Shown here: positions 20,339 through 28,156 of the stretch, in pieces
Layout: each line of letters opens with the position of its first letter
Numbering within the stretch: the first letter of the stretch is position 1
Virus record (IMG/VR): IMGVR_UViG_3300044673_000278
Coordinates: 123,694-187,693 of that record
Length of the DNA: 64,000 nucleotides
From: a virus
Taxonomy: Duplodnaviria; Heunggongvirae; Uroviricota; Caudoviricetes
Reading direction: 5' to 3' (one strand)
Notes under the pieces: model-generated
What the model was told of the DNA's origin: nothing
Database searches by the model: none
The model's input: only the letters and a program-made list of their open reading frames with translations
Position numbers and translations under genes: made by a program

Positions 20339-21399
20339 ATATCCAAGTTCTTGACGAGAAAAATATTCTAGGAACCAAATTTCACATGGCTCAGCAATAC
20401 ATCGAGTATTGTTCCCAGTTATTTGATTCACCTGAAATAACTTGGAGTACTGCCAAAGGAGAATTACTGGCCGTTACAAACATTGATCTACAAGAAAGAC
20501 TGACCATAGATTGGCATGACGTTAATTTAATCTTTGCAGAAACTTGCCAACAAATCTACGATTATTCGTTCAAATTAAACCCTGCCAAAGCATATGTGTT
20601 TATCACAGAAAGTGCTGCTGACTTCAAGGATTTACAAGAAAAGTTTTTTGGTATTTCAATCGTCAAACACTTTACAATATTCAACGAAGTAATTGACTAT
20701 GGCAAAGAGTTATTTGTCATGCAATCACATTTGGCTACAATAGAGCCAGCTAGGCACGAACCTGAGTTTGATTTTTTCTGTTTGGTGGGCAGGAAAAGCA
20801 CACTGAGAAGTCGTTTTGTTTCAAGACTGTCACAGCTTGATCTCAGTAAAAGCTTGGTAAAATATCACGGCGAAGTTGTTCCTGGATCGGGCGCACCGTT
20901 TGGTTACGATCAGTTTGATTATGCGTCGAAAAATTTCTATCGAGATTACTACATGGTCACGTCTGGTATGACTTTGTTGAGTAAAATTGTACAGCCAAAA
21001 CTTTACGATAATTTTCGATTCGAAGTACAATACGAAACAGACTCTCTAGAAAGTCACGGCTGGAGTATCAAAGAATATCATGTTACCGAAAAGACCATCA
21101 AGCCATTGATAATGAACAAACCTTGTTTAATGTACGGACCTTGGCAGTATCATCAATGGCTAGCATCGTACGGTGTAGATCTAGGGCACGGAAACTTTGA
21201 TTACGCTCAATTTGACAACATTCAAGATGATGCGCATCGAGCAGATGCAATGATACATTATCTAAAGAGCTTTGAAAACTATCAAGCGATAGTACCCGAT
21301 CAATCTTGTTTTGAAAAAAACATTTTTGGCTTGTACCGTTTGTCGTGCTGGACCAGAGAGAACGTCAGAGATTTTTATTCGTTTCTGAAAAACTCTTAA
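20335..21399 (+). CDS. Hypothetical protein, possibly glycosyltransferase-like (354 aa)
   Basis: ATGA overlap with upstream gene; C-terminal ET...VTEKTIKPLIMNKPCLMYG...YAQFDNIQD pattern loosely like the TEK motif of GT10-type enzymes; visibly AT-richer than flanking structural genes. Confidence 0.5.
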   Translation: MNIQVLDEKNILGTKFHMAQQYIEYCSQLFDSPEITWSTAKGELLAVTNIDLQERLTIDWHDVNLIFAETCQQIYDYSFKLNPAKAYVFITESAADFKDLQEKFFGISIVKHFTIFNEVIDYGKELFVMQSHLATIEPARHEPEFDFFCLVGRKSTLRSRFVSRLSQLDLSKSLVKYHGEVVPGSGAPFGYDQFDYASKNFYRDYYMVTSGMTLLSKIVQPKLYDNFRFEVQYETDSLESHGWSIKEYHVTEKTIKPLIMNKPCLMYGPWQYHQWLASYGVDLGHGNFDYAQFDNIQDDAHRADAMIHYLKSFENYQAIVPDQSCFEKNIFGLYRLSCWTRENVRDFYSFLKNS

Positions 21400-21408
21400 C
21401 CATACTGG

Positions 21409-21436
21409 TTGTAAATTTTTTCCAAGACAGTATAAT
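21409..21436 (+). promoter_or_regulatory. Sigma70-like promoter with no downstream plus-strand ORF
   Basis: TTGTAA (21409-14), 16-bp spacer, TATAAT (21431-36). Confidence 0.5.
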
Positions 21437-21442
21437 TACAAC

Positions 21443-21547
21443 TGCGTGTCAACGCTTATTATCTATAGTAAAAGCAAGGTCGTTAAACTTATATTATCTG
21501 GCCCGCACTTCTCCTGGACTGACCGAACTGGATGTGCGGGCTTTCTT
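21443..21547 (+). ncRNA. Candidate ~100-nt small RNA ending in a terminator-like hairpin
   Basis: Lies between the sigma70-like promoter and an 8-bp stem GCCCGCAC(21501-08)/GTGCGGGC(21534-41) followed by TTTCTT; no ATG-initiated ORF seen. Confidence 0.35.
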
Positions 21548-21562
21548 ACGAGTTAAGTTTTA

Positions 21563-22111
21563 TTAACCAATGCGCCAAACACTACCGTCCGACCACACCG
21601 GCACAATATTGCTGCCACCGTCGGTGATCTGGGCACCAAAATTTCCTGCGGCTGCTAGATTGGCATCATTAGCAAATCCGCGGAGGCCAGCACCAAAAGT
21701 AGCAGGAGGAAGATTGTTCAAGGGCATTACGTCAAATATCATGTATTTGGTCGAGAGCTGTTCTAAGGTGCCAATGTTGTTGGCAATAATGTTGCCCGTA
21801 ACCGAGACATTGGCTGTTGCAGAGATGTTACCGCCAGTGATGTTGCCTGTGGTAGATATAGTATTAGATCCAAATGTGGCCAACAGTGTCACTACATTGG
21901 CATTGCCATAGGTGCCTCCAGTGGTGACAGCAGTTAATTGTCCAGAGTTGTTGCCTACATACAGCGGAGGGGGATCTTGAGTTAGATCAACTACCAGTTC
22001 GCCTGGGCGTGCATTGCCGTTATATTCTGCCAGTGTAACCTGCGCATTGTCTTTCATTACAGCACGACTTATGCCAGTGATATCATCATATGGTGGTGGA
22101 GGATTTGCCAT
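21563..22111 (-). CDS. Small fibre-like/virion protein (182 aa)
   Basis: N-terminal ARPGELVVD motif, central GNITGGN repeats like the fibres, own TAAATA motif. Confidence 0.6.
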   Translation of the reverse strand: MANPPPPYDDITGISRAVMKDNAQVTLAEYNGNARPGELVVDLTQDPPPLYVGNNSGQLTAVTTGGTYGNANVVTLLATFGSNTISTTGNITGGNISATANVSVTGNIIANNIGTLEQLSTKYMIFDVMPLNNLPPATFGAGLRGFANDANLAAAGNFGAQITDGGSNIVPVWSDGSVWRIG

Positions 22112-22116
22112 GTTTA

Positions 22117-22122
22117 TATTTA
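22117..22122 (-). promoter_or_regulatory. Late promoter core TAAATA (leaderless type)
   Basis: 5 nt upstream of the ATG at 22111. Confidence 0.6.
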
Positions 22123-22132
22123 CCGAGTCAAC

Positions 22133-22156
22133 AAAAAAGGCCCCGAAGGGCCTTTT
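22133..22156 (-). terminator. Intrinsic terminator after major capsid gene
   Basis: AAAAGGCCC-TTCG-GGGCCTTTTTT on minus strand; C(UUCG)G tetraloop typical of T4-like phages. Confidence 0.9.
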
Positions 22157-22180
22157 GGATCGTGTAATCCAGCTGGTTGA

Positions 22181-23377
22181 TTAGCTGAAAGACAAGTTCT
22201 GTACAGCGATCTCACCAACGTAGTCGCCAGCGTTGCCGAAGCTGCTAGCAGTGTTGGTCAATTCGATGTAACCATAACGAGTCATGAAGCTCACGACTGG
22301 TTCGAATGTTGACGGATCCAGAACAACACCGCTGCTCATCAATGGGATGTATGGGCAGTAGAATGCTGGAGCGTCAGCTTCGCTGGAACCCTTGTAACCT
22401 ACGAGCACAGGAGTTGTGTCGCTGGCGTAAGAGTCAACAAACACACGCATAGAACCGTTCAGGGTACCAGCGAACTTGGTGTTTGTAGGAGCTTCGAAAG
22501 TACCTTCGGTGGTACGAGCGAAAGCAGAAGTAGTAGCACTTTGCAGTACTGTCAGAGCGGCTGAGCTAACAACGGCGTAGTTACCAGCGCCACGACGTGT
22601 ACGCTGAGCGATCAGGTTAGCAACACGGTTGATCAGAACGGCCAGAGCGGCGTGTTCGTCACCAACGAATGTAGCAGTACCAGAAACGGTAGCTTGGTTG
22701 TATGTGAACTCAGTAGAAGCTAGGCTGCGTAGGGACAGGAGAATCTCCTGGTCAATTTCAGCTGTAATTTCTTGTGCCAGAGCAGCCATGATTTCGGCTT
22801 CGACGTCAATACCGTGCATAGCTTGAGCGTCTTGGGCACTTTCAAATGTCCAACGAGCTTGCAGCTTACGGGTCTTGGCTTCAACAGCTTGCTTCAGGAT
22901 CTGAACGCTGATCTGCTTACCGCCGGTACCTTCCATGCTAGCAGTAGAACCGCCAGTGTAGCTAGTAGCTGTGCTAGTGTTTTGTGGAACAGTAGAGTAA
23001 GCTGTAGCAATGGTGAAGGGAGACAGAGCTTCCTGGCCAGCTGTTACAGAAGTAGCAGCCAAGCTGTTGTCGGTCAAGCTCTGAGCGTAACGAACACGCA
23101 GAGTGTGGATTTGACCAACAGGACCGGTCATGGGCTGAACGCCAACCAACTCGTTAGCAATAACGGTAGGCATAACACGACGAATAACTGGCAGAATCAC
23201 ACGGTTAAGTGTGGCGATGTTGCCAGCAGAGGTAGAACCTGCGGAAGCGTTTTCCTTCAGGTACTTGCGAGTGTTTTCGAGGATAACACTCATGCTATTG
23301 CGCTTAGTGCCGTTCAGACCTTCGAGCAGAGCTTCTTTGGTCTCGCCCCAGCGACTTTCAAGTAGTTCTTGTGACAT
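22181..23377 (-). CDS. gp23: Major capsid protein (T4 gp23 family), 398 aa
   Basis: LPVIRRVMPTVIANELVGVQPMTGPVGQIHTLR, VEAKTRKLQARWT, AFYCPYIPL, PVVSFMTRYG; AGGAG SD. Confidence 0.97.
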   Translation of the reverse strand: MSQELLESRWGETKEALLEGLNGTKRNSMSVILENTRKYLKENASAGSTSAGNIATLNRVILPVIRRVMPTVIANELVGVQPMTGPVGQIHTLRVRYAQSLTDNSLAATSVTAGQEALSPFTIATAYSTVPQNTSTATSYTGGSTASMEGTGGKQISVQILKQAVEAKTRKLQARWTFESAQDAQAMHGIDVEAEIMAALAQEITAEIDQEILLSLRSLASTEFTYNQATVSGTATFVGDEHAALAVLINRVANLIAQRTRRGAGNYAVVSSAALTVLQSATTSAFARTTEGTFEAPTNTKFAGTLNGSMRVFVDSYASDTTPVLVGYKGSSEADAPAFYCPYIPLMSSGVVLDPSTFEPVVSFMTRYGYIELTNTASSFGNAGDYVGEIAVQNLSFS

Positions 23378-23399
23378 TTAAGTCTCCTATAATAAAAGA

Positions 23400-24491
23400 T
23401 TATAAACCTGCCAAACGCTTGAGGTCGATCACATTGCTGCGGTCTTCCGGCTCTTGCTGTGTTGGAACAGTTTTATCTCCAGTAGCAACAGATACAGATT
23501 CAGCAATCACGTTACGGGCTTTTGCTGAACGATCTTCCATTACTGCAGGGAGATATTTTTCGAATGCGCCTTTGAGACGGCTAGTCTGTACGCTTTCGAG
23601 CAAATTACGCATTACTTCGGCTTTTTCACGATTTAACGGAGCAAGCAATTCGGCCATGAGTTCTTTACGCTCATTGCTTTCACGAAGAATACGCATTTCG
23701 CGTTCTTTGGACTCAACGAGGACTTTCGCCTTTTCGGTGAGTTGGATGGCTTCCGCCAACTTGCGATCTTTGTCAGCGATCATGTTATACAGCTTCTTGA
23801 CTTCGGCCTTCTCATTGAGGTGAGTAGAACCAAATTCGGCTGCATATGCTTCAAAGATACGACGACCAAAACTGTTCTCGCGAGCAATTTTGATGTCTTC
23901 TTGCAACTGTGTGAGTTCAGCCTTGAGATGGCTGCTAACTGCTCGGCTCATCTTCTGAGCACTTTCCTTAACGAAACGTGCCTTGAGATTTTCTAATTGT
24001 GTGCGGGCTTCACGAACTAGGCGTACCTTGGTTTCCACCATGTCACGCTTGTCAGCAGCAAACTCTTGAATTTCTTTGGCCAGAGCATGCACAACAAAGT
24101 TCTCGAGTTTGGCGATTCCTTCGGCATGCATTTTACGATCTTTACGCAGTTCGCTAATTTCTTCGGCCAATTTGGTCACCAAGAAGCCGTTAAACTTCTG
24201 TGCTGATTCTTTCATCTTGGCTTGGAACTTAACGCGATCTTCAACAATTGCTTTCTTTTCAGCAGCAACAGCTTGAAGTTCAGCAGCAAGACCTTCAGTT
24301 ACCATCTTATCTAAGGCTTCGACCATGACTGTTTTGTCATGGTCGTAGCGTTGTGCGAATTCCTCACGGAGTTCTGCACGTACTTGCTCACGTGCCTCGT
24401 TCAACTTAGATTCCCAAGCCTCGTTTAATTCTCGGCTTACGTCTTCGTTGATCAGGCCGCTTTCGAGCAAAGGTTTGATTGCATCAAACAT
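23400..24491 (-). CDS. gp22: Prohead core scaffolding protein (gp22-like), 363 aa
   Basis: Coiled-coil, E/K/A-rich; lies between gp21 and gp23. Confidence 0.85.
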   Translation of the reverse strand: MFDAIKPLLESGLINEDVSRELNEAWESKLNEAREQVRAELREEFAQRYDHDKTVMVEALDKMVTEGLAAELQAVAAEKKAIVEDRVKFQAKMKESAQKFNGFLVTKLAEEISELRKDRKMHAEGIAKLENFVVHALAKEIQEFAADKRDMVETKVRLVREARTQLENLKARFVKESAQKMSRAVSSHLKAELTQLQEDIKIARENSFGRRIFEAYAAEFGSTHLNEKAEVKKLYNMIADKDRKLAEAIQLTEKAKVLVESKEREMRILRESNERKELMAELLAPLNREKAEVMRNLLESVQTSRLKGAFEKYLPAVMEDRSAKARNVIAESVSVATGDKTVPTQQEPEDRSNVIDLKRLAGL

Positions 24492-24503
24492 TCCTGATTC
24501 TCC

Positions 24504-25142
24504 TTAGATTTTAAGTTCTCGGATAAGGCGTTTTACTTCCTCGGCCAAGTACTTTTGCACTTTGTCGCTTTGACCAGACTCACGAGCAATTTCCAACACT
24601 CGGTGTCCGTGTTTCATATTCATGAGACCTTCGTACACTGCTGTGGGATAAGCATTGGGTGCGCTGGGTTGGGCAACCACATCAATAGTGACTATTTCAA
24701 AGTCACTAACATGTCCTGTTCTGTCATCAACGTTACCTGATCCGCGGCTGGAAACACCCAACTTGACACCACTTTGCAACAGGGTTTTAATCAGGTTGCC
24801 CATGGGTGTGGGTAGAATCTTGAGCTTGCCGCAACCGGCGTGGCCGTCCATCCACATGCCCTCAACCGAGTGACATACTCGGTCAAGGTTGATCTTGAGA
24901 TCGTCAGGATGGTCCACTTCACCTAATACAGAGTTTCCATTGCGAATTTGCTCGTTAATGGTTTCAACTGCCTTGATGATCTCGTGGCGTGGATAGATAC
25001 GTTCGTTTGCATTGCGCTTGTCGCCTTCAATGCAAATGCCCTTGAGATAAAGATTCTTACCGCCAGACACATCAGCTTCTTCAAGAACCTGAATGTTCGC
25101 CTGGACGAATGTAAGATCTTCTCTTAGGTATCTAGATGACAT
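24504..25142 (-). CDS. gp21: Prohead protease (gp21 family), 212 aa
   Basis: LYLKGICIEGDKRNANERIYP, LGEVDHP, LGVSSRGSG, DVVAQPSAPNAYP. Confidence 0.95.
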   Translation of the reverse strand: MSSRYLREDLTFVQANIQVLEEADVSGGKNLYLKGICIEGDKRNANERIYPRHEIIKAVETINEQIRNGNSVLGEVDHPDDLKINLDRVCHSVEGMWMDGHAGCGKLKILPTPMGNLIKTLLQSGVKLGVSSRGSGNVDDRTGHVSDFEIVTIDVVAQPSAPNAYPTAVYEGLMNMKHGHRVLEIARESGQSDKVQKYLAEEVKRLIRELKI

Positions 25143-25146
25143 TTAA

Positions 25147-26013
25147 TTAACCTTTACGGCCGCCTGGTAGCGGGCTCTTGGTGTTTACGCCAGTGGCTTG
25201 AGCCAAGTGTGGCTTGGTAGCAGCAGAAAGGTCTTTCATGCTAGAACCAGCCTTGTTCTGGAAGTCACCAATGAGATCTTTGGTCTGATTGCTATAGGCG
25301 CCAGCAGCATCGTGCTTGCCGCCCATGCTAGCACCAGTGTGAACTGGCTTGGCAGCCATGCCAGCGGCACCGCTGTTAGCAGCAACTGTAGACTTCTTGT
25401 TTACACCGCCTTCTTCGCTAGTAACTGGCTTTGGAGCAGCCTTCAAACTTACGGCTTCGGCCATGGGGATCATTTCTTCTGTGTCGTCAACTTCGATAGC
25501 ATCGCCACCTTCGTCGGCACCAAAGTCATCGCCGTCGCCCATGTCACCACCGGCTTCGCTGCCCATTAGTTCTTCAAATTCAGCCATGAGTTCGTCAAGC
25601 TTGTCTTCAAGGTCCATAACACGGTCTTCGAGTTCTTCTTCGCCGGCTTCAGCGCCTTCGTCGTCGGCAGCACCAACTTCCATGTCGTCGGCGCCTTCGT
25701 CGTCGCCTTCGGCTTCCATGCTCATGTCTGACTCTTCTTCCATTTCGACATCGTCGATCAGGTCGTCAGCAGCGTCACCGCCCATGGCACCTTCTTCAAT
25801 ATCTTCGTCAGCAGATTCGTCAAGTTCTTCTTCGTCCTTGGCTTCATCTAGCTCTTCTTCTTTGGCTTCGTCGAGGTCTTCCTCGGCTTCTTCAGCCATG
25901 ATATTTTCGTAAATCTGGCGGCTCTTTTCTACAACAATGTCGTGGAAAAGCTCGCGAGCTTTTTGTTCTTCATCGTTGATCACGTATTCGATCAACTGTT
26001 CAAATCTGTTCAT
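25147..26013 (-). CDS. Highly acidic prohead core/internal protein (gp67-like by position), 288 aa
   Basis: D/E-rich centre, basic tail, between portal and protease; AGGAG SD. Confidence 0.6.
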   Translation of the reverse strand: MNRFEQLIEYVINDEEQKARELFHDIVVEKSRQIYENIMAEEAEEDLDEAKEEELDEAKDEEELDESADEDIEEGAMGGDAADDLIDDVEMEEESDMSMEAEGDDEGADDMEVGAADDEGAEAGEEELEDRVMDLEDKLDELMAEFEELMGSEAGGDMGDGDDFGADEGGDAIEVDDTEEMIPMAEAVSLKAAPKPVTSEEGGVNKKSTVAANSGAAGMAAKPVHTGASMGGKHDAAGAYSNQTKDLIGDFQNKAGSSMKDLSAATKPHLAQATGVNTKSPLPGGRKG

Positions 26014-26044
26014 AGAGAAAACTCCTATAGGTAAAGTGTATTGT

Positions 26045-26050
26045 TATTTA
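26045..26050 (-). promoter_or_regulatory. Late promoter core TAAATA driving the core/protease/scaffold/capsid genes
   Basis: TGTAAATAAC 31 nt upstream of the ATG at 26013. Confidence 0.6.
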
Positions 26051-26116
26051 CAATAGAGGGAAAAAATACGCGGTTTAATCGGCAAAAAAGACTATAAATT
26101 GTCTGTTCTTATTAGA

Positions 26117-26335
26117 TTACGCAATGGGCTGCGGTGGAGGTGCGTACTGTTGACGAATTTTCTTGAGCTTTTCTTTGTATTCAAAAGCTCGTACATCATT
26201 CATCTTTCGTAGCTTGTTGAGCTGTCGCAAAGTCAAACGAGTTTTACGCAGGTCATTTTTGGTAACCTGTGCATTGTCTTGACTTACGTCTTGATAGGCT
26301 TCGGGGGCCTTTTTCCAAAATTCTTGTAACAGCAT
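26117..26335 (-). CDS. Small basic head-module protein (gp68-like by position), 72 aa
   Basis: RKTRLTLRQLNKLRKM motif; directly downstream of portal; TAAATA (26341-46) 5 nt before the ATG. Confidence 0.6.
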   Translation of the reverse strand: MLLQEFWKKAPEAYQDVSQDNAQVTKNDLRKTRLTLRQLNKLRKMNDVRAFEYKEKLKKIRQQYAPPPQPIA

Positions 26336-26343
26336 GACTTTAT

Positions 26344-28140
26344 TTATGCGGGTGGGGGTGCGCCTGTGGCGCTAGCAGGAACTACACCGCCCGGGCCACC
26401 TGGGGCAGCAGCAGCGTCGACTCCGGGTGTGCCTGGTGTGCCTGGCTGCATTCCGGCCATTTCTGCACCAGCTTCGATGTCACTTTCCAGGCCGCCTGGA
26501 GTAATGCCCACAGAACGTAGATCCTGTCCTGAAGTGGTTTGCATTTCAGGTTGATCACGTTCTTCCATCCACATGTCTTCGTTTTCTTTGATCTCGTCTT
26601 CGGTGAGACCAAGGTAACGTTTGAGCAAGAAACGCTTGCTCATGTAAGGCAGTGGCTCTAAACTAGTAAATGCATTGATACGTGTAGTATCCAGCTCTGC
26701 TTGACGATAGCTGGCAAAGTTCTGCGGTGGGTTAAACTTCAGTGTAAACAGACCAGAGTCAATGTTGAATCCGCGCCACTTCAAGAACATCTTGAATTCG
26801 TCGTCTAACTTCTGTGCAATGTGTCCTTGTAGACGTTCGCAGTATTGATTGAAACGATATTCTTGAATCAATGCTGTGCCTACTTTGCCGTCGGCCATTG
26901 AGCGATCTGAGTCATCGGGGCCTGTGGGCAAGTAGCTAGAAGGCACACGCAGGCCACGTGCCATTTTGTTGTTGAAGTACTTTAGGTCGTCAATCTCGCC
27001 TAGGTTCTGTCCGCCGGGCAGAGTTTCAACTGAGCTGCCACGACCGTCTTGTGTTTGTGGAAAGAAGTAATCTTCGTTGATACTCAGTGGATTGTAGCTG
27101 GCATCCATCATGTTCTGTCCACCACCTGTTACAGTGGGGATTCTACGCTGGTGCATTTCGTTTTTCACACGTTCTACAAACGCCATAGCAAGGTGACTAG
27201 GCATGTTGCCCACGTCAATCTTGAAGATTCTACGCTCTGGAGCACGGCTCACACGATAGATAAGAATTGAGTCTTCTAGCAGTTCTTTTTGCTTGAATAC
27301 CTTGTAAATCTGTTCCAGTACTGATCGTCCAAAAGGCCAAAATACGTCAAGACCTTCGTTCAAACTCATGTGAACCACGTGCTTGGCATCAATACAAGTT
27401 TCGTTCATGGCAGTCATAAAGCGGCTGTTGCCCACACCGCCACCTACACCGCCGTTGGGCATGGTATAGTTTGCTGAACCAGAGATTGTGCCTGTCACAG
27501 GGTTGGTCATGTAGTCTGTGGTTGTTTTTGCAGCCACAGTCATGTTTTGGAAGTTGGGATTGATGTCACGAATCACATACTGCTCAGGGCGCTTGCCTTC
27601 TGATTCGTTTACAATGATTCGCATGACCTTTGACATGTCTACCCAGAACATTTCAAAAGTTTCTGGGTCACGCACAAATACCTGATCTCCGTACTTTATA
27701 GTATTACGGAACAGTTTGAAAATTCTGTTGTCTAGTTGGTTGATTTTGACCCACTGCTGTAGCTGCTTGCGGATAATGCTGACTTCGTTGTCAGTGGGCT
27801 TGTCTTTGTAATCTACAGCAAAAGGTGTGCCGTTGTCTTCGTTAATCTGTGTGGAGAATTCAGCAATGATGTCTAAGCAAGCATTGATTTCTGAATCCAT
27901 GTCCATGTTTTCGTATTGGTTGTATCGCTCAATACGGTTGGGGTGGCCAGAATAAACTTCGGGAAGTCTACTGGCATAGTTGCGGAATACAAAGTCCGGG
28001 GGCATGCCGCCAGTGCCGTCGTTTTTGCCGTAACCGGGCAGACCGTATTGATTGCTGCCCGAAATGGGACTCATCACGCCCGATGTGTCTGCTACTTTGA
28101 AGTATTTGCGCCAGCCGCCGCTTGATCTTGGTTCTGCCAT
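26344..28140 (-). CDS. gp20: Portal vertex protein (gp20 family), 598 aa
   Basis: QLDNRIFKLFRNTIKYGD, LLEDSILIYRVSRAPERRIFKIDVGNMP, EDYFFP..GRGSSVETLPGGQNLGEIDDLKYF. Confidence 0.95.
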   Translation of the reverse strand: MAEPRSSGGWRKYFKVADTSGVMSPISGSNQYGLPGYGKNDGTGGMPPDFVFRNYASRLPEVYSGHPNRIERYNQYENMDMDSEINACLDIIAEFSTQINEDNGTPFAVDYKDKPTDNEVSIIRKQLQQWVKINQLDNRIFKLFRNTIKYGDQVFVRDPETFEMFWVDMSKVMRIIVNESEGKRPEQYVIRDINPNFQNMTVAAKTTTDYMTNPVTGTISGSANYTMPNGGVGGGVGNSRFMTAMNETCIDAKHVVHMSLNEGLDVFWPFGRSVLEQIYKVFKQKELLEDSILIYRVSRAPERRIFKIDVGNMPSHLAMAFVERVKNEMHQRRIPTVTGGGQNMMDASYNPLSINEDYFFPQTQDGRGSSVETLPGGQNLGEIDDLKYFNNKMARGLRVPSSYLPTGPDDSDRSMADGKVGTALIQEYRFNQYCERLQGHIAQKLDDEFKMFLKWRGFNIDSGLFTLKFNPPQNFASYRQAELDTTRINAFTSLEPLPYMSKRFLLKRYLGLTEDEIKENEDMWMEERDQPEMQTTSGQDLRSVGITPGGLESDIEAGAEMAGMQPGTPGTPGVDAAAAPGGPGGVVPASATGAPPPA

Positions 28141-28147
28141 GGTGACT

Positions 28148-28153
28148 TATTTA
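28148..28153 (-). promoter_or_regulatory. Late promoter core TAAATA (near-leaderless)
   Basis: 7 nt upstream of the portal ATG; no SD. Confidence 0.6.
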
Positions 28154-28156
28154 CCG

